Positions 1 to 9,291 of a stretch of DNA of 64,000 bases are shown here, in pieces; the first letter of the stretch is position 1; each line of letters opens with the position of its first letter. The translations under genes were made by a program, and so were the position numbers. The notes beneath the pieces were generated by a model. The model was not told where the DNA came from. It made no database searches and worked only from the letters and a program-made list of their open reading frames with translations. The stretch is from Deferribacteres bacterium (GTDB lineage Bacteria; Zhuqueibacterota; Zhuqueibacteria; Zhuqueibacterales; Geothermadaptataceae): assembly GCA_020633655.1 (NCBI GenBank), contig JACKDF010000005.1, positions 321,424-385,423 of the forward strand, in the 5' to 3' direction.

Positions 1-1467
1 AATCGCAGCAAGGCGGGCGACGAGTGCGTTGAATTGTTCGGCTTCTTCTTTCAGTTCTTCGCAGACGTTTTTCAGTTCATCTCTGGCAATCGTGTCTTTC
101 ACTTTGCCGGCCGCAAATCCGGTGAGTAAACCAAAGCCCTTGATGGGATTCCGGAGCGCTTTGCCAACATTTTTCAGATATTCGCCGGGGCCCTGAATGC
201 CGGAGAGGGCAACAAACATGCGCAGAATTTCATTTGTGCCTTCAAATATCCGGTGAATTCGTGCATCCCGAAGATAACGCTCGTAGGGATAGTCAGCGGA
301 GTAACCCAGTCCACCTGCAATTTGAACAACTTCATCCGAAGCATCCCAGACGACTTCTGAACCGTAAATTTTGCAAATTGCAGATTCCAGAGAAACATCG
401 ATGCCGCCTTTATCATGCAAACCCGTTGTTAGATAAACGATGCTTTCAAGGGCATAGGTTTCGGAGGCAATTTTAGCAATTTTCTGTTTGATGAGCTGAA
501 ATCGGTCAAGCGTCTTTTGAAATTGCTCCCGGGATTTAGCATGATCCATCGCCTGTCTCAGCAACTCTTTCATTCCACCGATGCAACCTGCAGCTAAACC
601 CAGGCGACCTGTGTTCAGCGTTTCCATAGCGACGAGAAACCCTTTGCCGATGGGGCCAAGCATATTTTCCACGGGTACGACAACATTATCGAAATTTAAA
701 CTTGCAGTGTTGGAGCCGCGAATACCAAGTTTATGTTCTTTTTTTCCACGAGATACACCTTCGCTGTCAAGTTCGACAATAAATGCGGTGATTTTCTCTT
801 TTTCTTCTCCGTTTTGCTGCACGGTGGTTTTTGCAAACACAGTGGCAATTTGGGCTACCCCACCGTTTGTGATCCAAATTTTTTCGCCGTTGAGAATAAA
901 TGCAGTTTTGTTTTTATTGAGAACAGCTTTGGTTTTTATACCCGCAGCGTCCGAGCCTGCGCCCGGTTCGGTCAAAGCAAAAGCCGCAACATATTCACCG
1001 GAAGCTAATTTGGGGAGGTATTTCGCTTTTTGTTTTTCGGTGCCAAAAAGGACGATACCGTTGGTTCCAATACTTGCATGGGCGCCGAACATAACGGCGA
1101 TTCCCGTATCATAACGGCAAATTTCCTCGAACACACGACAATAGGATGTCTTGCTTACACCGGCTCCCTCATATTCATCGGAAATTGGGAGTCCGAACAT
1201 GCCAATTTCCTTCATTCCATCCATGACTTCATCGGGAATTTGTGCAATTTTGTCGATTTCGACGGGATCGACGCTGTTTTCAGCAAACTCGTTCCAGGCT
1301 TGTAAAATCATTTTCAGGTTTTCTTTCTCATCTTCATCCTGCTGCGGATAGGGGAATAGAATTTCCTGTTGTATTTCTCCCATAAACAAGGATTTCATAA
1401 AGCTGAGTGTTTTGTCGTCTTTCATAATGCCCTCGACTTTTATTTTGACCTTTTTAGTAAATTCCAT
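1..1467 (-). CDS. acyl-CoA dehydrogenase, long (VLCAD/ACAD9-like) form; 3' end runs off the window start
   Basis: Absent from the ORF track because it is open to the window edge. My minus-strand translation from the ATG at 1467-1465 gives MEFTKKVKIKVEGIM...AFALTEPGAGSDAAG...GEKIWITNGG...YERYLRDARIHRIFEGTNEILR. It then continues through a C-terminal extension to position 1, still in frame. Confidence 0.9.
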   Translation of the reverse strand, partial: MEFTKKVKIKVEGIMKDDKTLSFMKSLFMGEIQQEILFPYPQQDEDEKENLKMILQAWNEFAENSVDPVEIDKIAQIPDEVMDGMKEIGMFGLPISDEYEGAGVSKTSYCRVFEEICRYDTGIAVMFGAHASIGTNGIVLFGTEKQKAKYLPKLASGEYVAAFALTEPGAGSDAAGIKTKAVLNKNKTAFILNGEKIWITNGGVAQIATVFAKTTVQQNGEEKEKITAFIVELDSEGVSRGKKEHKLGIRGSNTASLNFDNVVVPVENMLGPIGKGFLVAMETLNTGRLGLAAGCIGGMKELLRQAMDHAKSREQFQKTLDRFQLIKQKIAKIASETYALESIVYLTTGLHDKGGIDVSLESAICKIYGSEVVWDASDEVVQIAGGLGYSADYPYERYLRDARIHRIFEGTNEILRMFVALSGIQGPGEYLKNVGKALRNPIKGFGLLTGFAAGKVKDTIARDELKNVCEELKEEAEQFNALVARLAAI

Positions 1468-1576
1468 GGATTGTTGGGGGTGCGCCGCGGATTAAGTATT
1501 CCAGCTTATTTTCGGTGAAATTTTATTTCATTCTGGTGGCTTACAAGCGATTTTGTTTTCATGTGAATTCTATTCA

Positions 1577-1614
1577 TAAAAAAGCCCCACAAATTGTTGC
1601 GGGGCTTTTTTTTT
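1577..1614 (-). terminator. Rho-independent terminator-like hairpin between the hydratase/dehydrogenase gene and the acyl-CoA dehydrogenase gene
   Basis: AGCCCCAC / GCGGGGCT stem (1583-1606) flanked by an A-run on one side and a T-run on the other, so a U-tract follows the stem on either strand. It starts 2 nt after the stop at 1616. Confidence 0.6.
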
Positions 1615-1615
1615 A

Positions 1616-3973
1616 TCAGGAATAGAAACGTGATTCTTTTTGCGCCATGTCACGGATAAGTTGCGCGGGTTCAAATCGTGGTCCGCATTTTTCTTTATAA
1701 TACTCTAGGCGTTCCAGCACTTTAGTTGCTCCAATGCTGTCTGCGTAGGTGAGCAAACCGCCATGGAAAGGCGGAAATCCGGTTCCGAAAATCATACCAA
1801 TATCCACATCACGAGCCGTTTTTACGATACCATCTTCCAGACAACGTGCGGCTTCGTTGATCATCATATAAACGCATCGTTCTTTGATTTCCTGTGCGGG
1901 TATTTCTTCCGCCTCATTGCGCAAAGCACTCAAAACCTTATAGGTTTCCGGGTCAACTTCTTTTTTCTTTGCATTGTATTTATAGAAACCTGCCCCGGAT
2001 TTTTTACCGAAGCGTCCGGCTTCAAACATTTTCGCTACAACTGCGGAGGCTGGCATCCGATCGCCATAGGCTTCCTGTAATATCCCGGCAACTTTATGTG
2101 TTACATCGATTCCGACTTCATCATAAAGTTCCAGCGGTCCCATTGGCATGCCGAATTCCAGGATAGCTTTGTCGATGGAATCTATTTTTTGTCCTTCTTC
2201 GAGCAGCATTGCAGCTTCGTTCATATAAGGAGCGAGAATTCTGTTCACGAGAAATCCTGGGCTGTCTTTGACCACTATCGCTGTTTTGCCGATGGCTTTG
2301 GAAAATTCTACCAGGCTGACAATGGTTTCATCGCTGCTTTTTTCTCCGCGAATGACTTCGACCAAAGGCATGCGGTGAACAGGATTAAAAAAGTGGAGTC
2401 CGGCAACCTTTTCCGGTCTCGTAGTCGCAGCTGCCATCTCCGTTACCGGCAGTGACGAAGTATTTGAAGCAAGGATGGCGCCTGGTGGGACTGTTTTGTC
2501 GAGTTCAGAAAACACCGATTTTTTGATGTCCAGCTTTTCAATGATTGCCTCAATTACCAAATCAACTTTATTGAAGCCTGAATAATCTGTAGTCCCTGAA
2601 ATGAGCCCCATTTTCTCGTTCATTTCTCTAGGTTTCATGCGTCGTTTTTTGACCATTCCAAAAAATACGGAGGAAGCCTGCTCCATACCTTTGGCAATTG
2701 CGTTAAGATTGATGTCCTTCATGCGAACAGGGTGACCTTTGTGTGCGAGAAGTTGTGCGATTCCGCCGCCCATTACACCGGCACCCAGAACACCAACACG
2801 ATCGAATTTGAGTGCATCACCTTTGAAATCGGGAGCACCATTGTCTTTTTTCAGATCTTCCGTGAGTTGAAAAACTTTTACCAGGTTTTTACAAACCGGT
2901 GTTACGACAAGTTCACCCAGAAATTGTGCTTCAATATTCAATCCTTCAGAAAGGGAAGTGCTCATGCCCTTCTGCACTGCTTCCAATGCGCGCAATGGGG
3001 CAGGGTAGTGGCCTTTTGAGGTCTTCAGTGTCATTTTCCTCGCTTGATCGAAGAGTACTTTGCGGCCAAGGGGATTTTTTTCCAAAAGGTAGGATTGCAT
3101 GTTATTTTTCCGGTTGCGGCGTTTTTCAATGCGTGCTTTGCCTGCCGGGGTCATGACTTCTTCTGCAAATTTATATACCGCTGTCATGATTTCCCCATCG
3201 GGTATTTCAGCGGGAATGACCTGATCGATGATGCCGTCACGGTAAGCTTTTTGTGCATCCACCCGGCGTCCGGTGAGAATGTAATCCAGTGCTTTTTGGA
3301 TGCCGATTAACCGGGGCAGGCGTTGCGTTCCACCCCAACCTGGTAGAATTCCCAGCATGACTTCTGGAAGGCCGATTTTGACATGGGATTTGTCCACAGC
3401 GATGCGATAGTCGGCTGCAAGCGATAATTCGGTACCTCCACCCATGCATGTCCCATTGATAAAAGCAAATTTTGGCATGGGTAAATAGCTGAATTTTCCA
3501 AAAATCCGGTGGCCTTCTTTGCCGATTTTCTCACCTTCGGCAGGATCGGTTATATTTTGAATTCCGGAAATATCAGCGCCAGCAATGAAATTCGTCTTTT
3601 TACCGCTCGTTAAAATAAGGGCGCGCATACTTGTGTTGTCCACTAATTTATCACACACCGATTCCAGCTCAAGCAGTACCTCTTCATTGAAAATGTTTAC
3701 TGATTTTCCTGCCATATCAAAGACCAGCAAACCGATGCCGTCTTTTTCTGTCAGTTCAAAATGACTAGCTTTTGCGGTTTCTTTTTTTGCAACTTGTTTT
3801 TCTTCTAACATGGGTGGCATTGCCTCCGTCGGTCTTGCAACCTTGCTTTCCGATTTCGCTGCTGTTTTTGGGGCTTTGCTCGGTTTTGTCACTTTTTTCG
3901 CAGTGTCGGTTTTTTTCTTTTCCTCAACCTCGGATTTTACTACATCCTTGGTTTTCTTTTTATCTTCAGCCAT
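1616..3973 (-). CDS. fused enoyl-CoA hydratase / 3-hydroxyacyl-CoA dehydrogenase (FadJ/FadB-like) with a Lys-rich N-terminal extension
   Basis: ORF 1616..4000. Crotonase region (FINGTCMGGGTELSLAADYRIA) followed by an NAD-binding HAD region (VGVLGAGVMGGGIAQ). I prefer the ATG at 3973, which has a GAGGA 5 nt upstream, over the TTG at 4000. Confidence 0.9.
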   Translation of the reverse strand: MAEDKKKTKDVVKSEVEEKKKTDTAKKVTKPSKAPKTAAKSESKVARPTEAMPPMLEEKQVAKKETAKASHFELTEKDGIGLLVFDMAGKSVNIFNEEVLLELESVCDKLVDNTSMRALILTSGKKTNFIAGADISGIQNITDPAEGEKIGKEGHRIFGKFSYLPMPKFAFINGTCMGGGTELSLAADYRIAVDKSHVKIGLPEVMLGILPGWGGTQRLPRLIGIQKALDYILTGRRVDAQKAYRDGIIDQVIPAEIPDGEIMTAVYKFAEEVMTPAGKARIEKRRNRKNNMQSYLLEKNPLGRKVLFDQARKMTLKTSKGHYPAPLRALEAVQKGMSTSLSEGLNIEAQFLGELVVTPVCKNLVKVFQLTEDLKKDNGAPDFKGDALKFDRVGVLGAGVMGGGIAQLLAHKGHPVRMKDINLNAIAKGMEQASSVFFGMVKKRRMKPREMNEKMGLISGTTDYSGFNKVDLVIEAIIEKLDIKKSVFSELDKTVPPGAILASNTSSLPVTEMAAATTRPEKVAGLHFFNPVHRMPLVEVIRGEKSSDETIVSLVEFSKAIGKTAIVVKDSPGFLVNRILAPYMNEAAMLLEEGQKIDSIDKAILEFGMPMGPLELYDEVGIDVTHKVAGILQEAYGDRMPASAVVAKMFEAGRFGKKSGAGFYKYNAKKKEVDPETYKVLSALRNEAEEIPAQEIKERCVYMMINEAARCLEDGIVKTARDVDIGMIFGTGFPPFHGGLLTYADSIGATKVLERLEYYKEKCGPRFEPAQLIRDMAQKESRFYS

Positions 3974-4064
3974 TTTATCCTCAAAATTTATCTGTAACAA
4001 TAATTTTTTTTATCCACTCAGGCTCTTTTTCTGAGGGAATTCCTGTCTTACCGGTGAAAGCGCC

Positions 4065-5351
4065 TTACTTTCGTTCAACCACCATTGCAGCACCCTGACC
4101 GCCGCCAACACATAATGTTGCCAGGCCAAGATTCAGGTCGCGGCGTTGCATTTCCTTCAGGAGAGTAAGTACCAGTCGCGCGCCGGAGCTGCCAACGGGA
4201 TGTCCCAGGGCAATTGCTCCACCATTCACGTTTAAAATTTCACGATTGATCTCGCCCGTAGCTTTTTCCAAACCAAGGCGTTCTTTAGCAACTTTATTGT
4301 CTTTAAAAGCGATTTCATTTGCGATAACCTGTGCTGCAAAGGCTTCATTGAGTTCAATGAGCTGGATGTCAGAGAATTGAACACCAGCATTGTGCAGTGC
4401 TTTCGGTGCTGCGAGGGCCGGCCCAATCCCCATGCGTTTTGGATCAACTCCTGCAACCGCATAGCTGCGGATGTAGCCCAACGGCTCGTAACCTAATTCC
4501 TTTGCCTTCTCGGCACTCATGACGAGCAAGCAGGCTGCGCCATCGGTTATCTGGCTGCTGTTTCCCGCAGTTATGGAGCCGTACATTTTGTCAAAAAATG
4601 GTTTTAATTTCGCAAGGGATTCTTTCGATTGATCTTTGCGTATACCATTATCCTCATGGACAGGCATTTTGTATTTGGGCGGTGGATAAACGGGCAGCAT
4701 TTCTTCGCGCAATTTACCCAAATCTGTTGCCTGGGTTGCGCGTTGGTGACTGAGTAGTGCAAGTTCATCCTGCGCTTCACGGGAAATGGAATATTCTTTT
4801 GCGAGTACCTCCGCTGTTTCTCCCATGTTTAAATTGCAAATGGGGTCAGTCAGGCCGAGTTGCAGTCCGATGATTGGTTTGAAATGTTTAGCGCGTAACT
4901 GAGAAAATGCCGCCAATTTTTGCCCAGCAGAGCGAGCTTTCATGGCAGCACCCATAACATTTGCATAACTTTTAGGGTACAGCAACGGAATATTACTCAT
5001 GGATTCGGCACCACCAGCCAGGATGATATCTTCTTCGCCTGCTTTAATTTTTAAGGCGGCGAGGGCGAGAGCTTCCATGCCGGAAGCACAGTTGCGACCA
5101 ACAGAAAAAGCCGGCGTTTTCATGGGCAATTTAGCCATCAGTGCAATAACACGAGCAATGTTTGCTGCTTCAGGTGGTTGAGCAATGTTACCAAAAATGA
5201 CCTCATCGATCAGCTCCGGGTCTATCCCGGTACGTGTTACAAGCTCGGACAAAACAAGACGCCCCAATTCCTGAGCGGGCAAATCATTAAATAAGGTTCC
5301 TGCTTTGATAAAGGGGGTTCTTAATCCATCGACAATGACTACATCTCGCAT
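4065..5351 (-). CDS. fadA: acetyl-CoA C-acyltransferase (3-ketoacyl-CoA thiolase)
   Basis: 428 aa. Thiolase signatures: RNCASGMEAL (active-site Cys), NEAFAAQV, GGAIALGHPVGSSGARL, CVGGGQGAA. Confidence 0.93.
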   Translation of the reverse strand: MRDVVIVDGLRTPFIKAGTLFNDLPAQELGRLVLSELVTRTGIDPELIDEVIFGNIAQPPEAANIARVIALMAKLPMKTPAFSVGRNCASGMEALALAALKIKAGEEDIILAGGAESMSNIPLLYPKSYANVMGAAMKARSAGQKLAAFSQLRAKHFKPIIGLQLGLTDPICNLNMGETAEVLAKEYSISREAQDELALLSHQRATQATDLGKLREEMLPVYPPPKYKMPVHEDNGIRKDQSKESLAKLKPFFDKMYGSITAGNSSQITDGAACLLVMSAEKAKELGYEPLGYIRSYAVAGVDPKRMGIGPALAAPKALHNAGVQFSDIQLIELNEAFAAQVIANEIAFKDNKVAKERLGLEKATGEINREILNVNGGAIALGHPVGSSGARLVLTLLKEMQRRDLNLGLATLCVGGGQGAAMVVERK

Positions 5352-5367
5352 AGGAAAAGTCCTTTAC

Positions 5368-5988
5368 TCACTTTAGGTTATTGTTTTTTATTTTCATACC
5401 GGAAAGAAAGATTTCGGCAATTTGATTTGCACTCTCCTCAAGATCAAATTTTTTGTTTTTTGCAAGGATAAGTACAGTCGAAAATTCATCCAGGGCACCA
5501 AAAAGAACACGTTTTGCAATACTCAATTGTATGTCTTTGCGAAATATGTTTTTTTCCTGGCCTTCTTCAAGAATCTCATTGATCAGGTTCAAATAATCCG
5601 CGATACTCGTACCAGCATACTCCTTGATAAATTTATTGCTTTGTCGCAATTCGAGCTGCACCATTGCCGCGATATCTGGTTGGGTTTCTACCATCTCTAA
5701 ATGCAGATGCGCAAATTTCTGTAATTTTTTAACAGGGGAGTCTAGGAGCAGAAGTTTTTCGCGGAAATCCTGAATGATACGACCGACGCTTTCTTCAAAA
5801 ACGGTGATGAGAATCTCATCTTTATTTTTGAAATAGAGATAGATTGTTCCATCGGCTACACCAGCGGCTCTAGCGATTTGTGAGATTTTTGCATGATAAA
5901 AGCCATTGGAAGCAAAAATTCTGGCAGCTGCTTGAAGAATGCGATCACGTTTTTCGGCACGGCGTTCAGCTACAGTTGTATTTTTCAT
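5368..5988 (-). CDS. TetR/AcrR-family transcriptional regulator, first gene of the beta-oxidation operon
   Basis: 206 aa. N-terminal HTH typical of TetR (RILQAAARIFASNGFYHAKISQIARAAGVADGTIYLYFKNKDEIL). It lies 16 nt upstream of the thiolase gene. Confidence 0.88.
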   Translation of the reverse strand: MKNTTVAERRAEKRDRILQAAARIFASNGFYHAKISQIARAAGVADGTIYLYFKNKDEILITVFEESVGRIIQDFREKLLLLDSPVKKLQKFAHLHLEMVETQPDIAAMVQLELRQSNKFIKEYAGTSIADYLNLINEILEEGQEKNIFRKDIQLSIAKRVLFGALDEFSTVLILAKNKKFDLEESANQIAEIFLSGMKIKNNNLK

Positions 5989-6010
5989 TGTTTCTCAAGC
6001 TCTTGTAAAG

Positions 6011-6034
6011 AAATGAATGATTGTTCATTCATTT
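6011..6034. promoter_or_regulatory. candidate TetR operator (perfect 10-bp inverted repeat with a 4-bp spacer)
   Basis: AAATGAATGA ttgt TCATTCATTT, 22 nt upstream of the TetR start codon, in the divergent tetR / fadL-like intergenic region. Confidence 0.5.
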
Positions 6035-6452
6035 AATATAGGATAGAAATTGTAAAGATCAAGAGGGGAATATTTAAAAGTTTTTAATGTAAGTTGCGGG
6101 TTCTGTTGGTTTATGATAATTTTTAATGTTTTTTATTAGAAAGTGTTTTTATCTGAGCTTTTCTCTAATGAATATGTCGACGAAAACATTTCATGACTAT
6201 TTTTATTTGTTGACAATTAACAGTTTTTACAGTACGTTAAAGGTCGCGAATTTAAACGAATTTTTTTGCTGTTGCTGCGTGTTTCATGACAACAAAAAAT
6301 GTAGTTATTTTTATCTTTCCATTTCATTAAAAACAAAACCAAAATATTAAATAAAAATGTGAAATTGGTGGTTTGCACAATTTATGAATATGATCCCACC
6401 ATTGGCAAACTGCCCGTAGTTTATTCATCACTCACTAAAATCGGAGGGTTTT

Positions 6453-7751
6453 ATGAAAAACAATCTAAAACGGTTGTTTATTGGGTCAATGCTCGCTGCT
6501 GGATTATTGACGTATAATAATTCAGTCCAGGCTGGCGGATTTAACCTCTATGAATTCGGTGGACGGGCCTCTGCGCTTGCAGGCGCAATCGTTGCTCAAT
6601 CCGCTGATGCTTCAACAGTTTTTTACAATCCTGCAGGTGTCGCTTTCCTTGACAACAGCCAATTCTATGGTGGAGTCACATTGATTTTCCCCACAGCAAA
6701 CTTTGTTGGTGTATCTCCAATGTTTGATAATACAGTCCATGATGCTGTACAAAATATATTTACCCCGGTTGGAATTTACTATGCTCATAAATTAAATGAT
6801 AAAGTGGGATTTGGTATTGGACTAACCAACCCTTTTGGGTTGGGATTGGAATGGGAAGATGATTTTCCGGGTAGAGCGATTTCTCGGAATGCACTCGTTG
6901 AATCCTATTATATTTCCCCGGTTGTAGCGTACAAAGTAACCCCGAATTTCAGTATAGGTGTTGGGGCTGATTTAGTCATTGCTAAAATTGATTTAATTCG
7001 CAATATAAACGTTTTTGACAGTGAAGGTTCTCCCGGTTATGACGTTGGTGAAGTTGAGTTGAGTGGCAGTTCTGATCTTTCCTATGGGTTTAGTTTTTCG
7101 GCGCAATATCAAGCTGAAAAATGGTCTGTTGGTTTTATGTACCGCAATGGTATAACAAATGAATTTAAAGATGGCGATGCAGCTTTCGCTTTCCATGACG
7201 ATCTTACCGTACCGCAAGCGGCGGCTGTTGCCGGTGCTTTGTTACAAGATCAGCATGTAAGTACAACCCTCGATTTCCCCGGATTCTTCTCTGTAGGTGC
7301 CAGCTATCAGGCAATGGAAAAATTGCGGGTTGAAATGGATTACATGTGGTTCCAGTGGTCCGTTTTTGATCAGCTTCAACTCGATTTCGAAAATGAGAGC
7401 ACACCGGACCAAACAATTCCTTTTGATTATGAGGATTCCTGGCAATTGCGTTTGGGTGGTGAATACGCGCTCAATGAGAAGTTAGACTTGCGTGCAGGTT
7501 ATATCTTCGATAAAACACCACAGCCAATTGAATCAGTAAGCCCACTGCTTCCCGATGATGACCGTCATGATATTAGCGTTGGTATAGGTTACAAAACTGG
7601 CCGTTATGTCATCGATGCTGGATACATGTTCGTTAATATTGGTGAACGCAGTACGGTTGAAAATGGTGTTGGTATGAACCATAATGGATTTAACGGAACA
7701 TACAACTCCCGTGCTGATCTGTTCTGGGCAAGCTTTGGTGTGAACTTCTAA
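6453..7751 (+). CDS. outer-membrane long-chain fatty acid / hydrophobic compound transporter (FadL/TodX/OMPP1 family)
   Basis: 432 aa. Signal peptide, N-terminal GGFNLYEFGGRASALAGA...VFYNPAG motif, alternating beta-strand pattern, C-terminal Phe. Confidence 0.85.
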   Translation: MKNNLKRLFIGSMLAAGLLTYNNSVQAGGFNLYEFGGRASALAGAIVAQSADASTVFYNPAGVAFLDNSQFYGGVTLIFPTANFVGVSPMFDNTVHDAVQNIFTPVGIYYAHKLNDKVGFGIGLTNPFGLGLEWEDDFPGRAISRNALVESYYISPVVAYKVTPNFSIGVGADLVIAKIDLIRNINVFDSEGSPGYDVGEVELSGSSDLSYGFSFSAQYQAEKWSVGFMYRNGITNEFKDGDAAFAFHDDLTVPQAAAVAGALLQDQHVSTTLDFPGFFSVGASYQAMEKLRVEMDYMWFQWSVFDQLQLDFENESTPDQTIPFDYEDSWQLRLGGEYALNEKLDLRAGYIFDKTPQPIESVSPLLPDDDRHDISVGIGYKTGRYVIDAGYMFVNIGERSTVENGVGMNHNGFNGTYNSRADLFWASFGVNF

Positions 7752-7783
7752 TTCAATTGAATTCAAGAGAAACGGAGATAAAT

Positions 7784-9235
7784 ATGAAGAGAACTTTAAT
7801 CATCGCTCTTATGTTTGCGAGCGTTATTCTATACTCCGGCTGTGACTTATCAGCACCAGATCAGCCGGAACTCAATGCAACCCTCGGTCAGGTCGTTGCA
7901 CAGGGTAAATTCGTTGCTGTTGGTAATAGTTTAACCGCAGGATTCCAGTCCTCCGGTATGGTTGAAACCGCTCAGGTTAACAGTTATCCAGCTCTTATTG
8001 CGCGTCAGTTGGGCAAACAATCATTCCAGCAACCGCTCATCGCGGAGCCGGGAATTGGGAGTACCTCGGGAATGACGCCACTGCAACTTGTTAACGGAGA
8101 TATTACTGCACAGCCGCTCACAGTAAATCCATTAACCTTACTGAAAAATGCGACACTTGCACGTCCATACGACAACCTTGGTGTGCCAGGCGCAACCTTG
8201 CATGATGTTTTCAATGCAACAGGTGCTGCTACCTCCGCAAGTGGTTCAAACCTGTTCTTTGATATGATATTGCGTAATCCAAATTTAGGAAACACAACAC
8301 AAATCGAGCAAGCAATATTGTTAAATCCTTCCCTGATGATTCTATGGATCGGTAACAACGATGCACTTGGTGCCGCTCTTGCAGGTGGGAATATAAACTT
8401 GCTCACTCCAACGGCAAATTTTACAGCGGACTACACCAGTGTTTTAACGAAAATTCGTACAAGCACACATGCCGCGTTGATTTTAGCAAATATTCCATAC
8501 GTAACCGATATTCCCTTTGTAAATGCATTGGATGGTGTTATCAATGCCGGTATGGGTGTTCCTGTCATCTCTACAGTTGCTGATGTCAATGGCGATGGTG
8601 TCAACGAAGTTGTGAATGTTGATTTTAATCCACTCCCTAACGCTGAACTCTACGTTCCTTTGGTAACGGAAGAAACCGGTGTTGCACATTTGACGATCCC
8701 CGCCCTTTCCATGTATCAGGCAGGCGTCGGTGTACCTGATTCCGCGGCTTTGGTCGCAATGGGATTTCCATCTTTAAATGCTAGTGCAATGGTTGCAGCA
8801 ATGAAAGCAAATGGATTGGTTCCCACAGGTCAACCATTACCAGGTTCGGTTACCATTACAGCGAGCGAAGCTACCACAATTAAAACTCGTGTTGATGAAT
8901 TCAATGGTGTCATTGCAAGCCTGGCACAAACATTTCAGGCGCCGGTTGCCGATATGAATGCTGCCTTAAGCGTTTTGAATGCATCGGGTATTGATGGTAT
9001 GAGTGGAAAATTTGTTCTGCTCGATCCAGTACACACTGCATTTAGTCTAGATGGTGTTCACCCGAATGATGCCGGATATGCAATTGTTGCGAATCAGTTC
9101 ATTACGGTGATCAACGGTGCCCTCGGACTACAGGTTCCGCAAGTAAATGTTTCGGATTATGCTGGTCAGTACGTTGGTAAGCCAGTAGCAAAAATAGCTT
9201 TAGAGGCTGCTGAACAAGTGAAAGCTATTTTTTAA
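7784..9235 (+). CDS. SGNH/GDSL-type hydrolase lipoprotein
   Basis: The ORF track starts at a TTG at 7757. The ATG at 7784 is preceded by GGAG and gives MKRTLIIALMFASVILYSGC (lipobox). Block I is GNSLTAGFQS and block V is DGVHPNDAGY. Confidence 0.8.
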   Translation: MKRTLIIALMFASVILYSGCDLSAPDQPELNATLGQVVAQGKFVAVGNSLTAGFQSSGMVETAQVNSYPALIARQLGKQSFQQPLIAEPGIGSTSGMTPLQLVNGDITAQPLTVNPLTLLKNATLARPYDNLGVPGATLHDVFNATGAATSASGSNLFFDMILRNPNLGNTTQIEQAILLNPSLMILWIGNNDALGAALAGGNINLLTPTANFTADYTSVLTKIRTSTHAALILANIPYVTDIPFVNALDGVINAGMGVPVISTVADVNGDGVNEVVNVDFNPLPNAELYVPLVTEETGVAHLTIPALSMYQAGVGVPDSAALVAMGFPSLNASAMVAAMKANGLVPTGQPLPGSVTITASEATTIKTRVDEFNGVIASLAQTFQAPVADMNAALSVLNASGIDGMSGKFVLLDPVHTAFSLDGVHPNDAGYAIVANQFITVINGALGLQVPQVNVSDYAGQYVGKPVAKIALEAAEQVKAIF

Positions 9236-9253
9236 TTTTAATTAGAAATTTTT

Positions 9254-9291
9254 AAAAAAAGGTTGGTTTCGCCTGGCGAGCCAACCTTTTT
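9254..9291. terminator. bidirectional terminator hairpin between convergent genes
   Basis: A-run, then AGGTTGG...CCAACCT stem with an inner TCGCC/GGCGA stem, then a T-run. It sits between the SGNH gene (+) and the TraB/GumN gene (-). Confidence 0.7.

Noticed and set aside
581-1114. Plus-strand ORFs at 581..1114, 733..1008, 1030..1305 and 1151..1351
   Set aside because: They are antisense to a clearly recognisable acyl-CoA dehydrogenase reading frame, and their peptides are low-complexity or odd in composition.
7757-7783. TTG start at 7757 for the SGNH lipoprotein
   Set aside because: It would place nine extra polar residues before the signal peptide. The ATG at 7784 has a GGAG RBS and gives a canonical lipoprotein signal.
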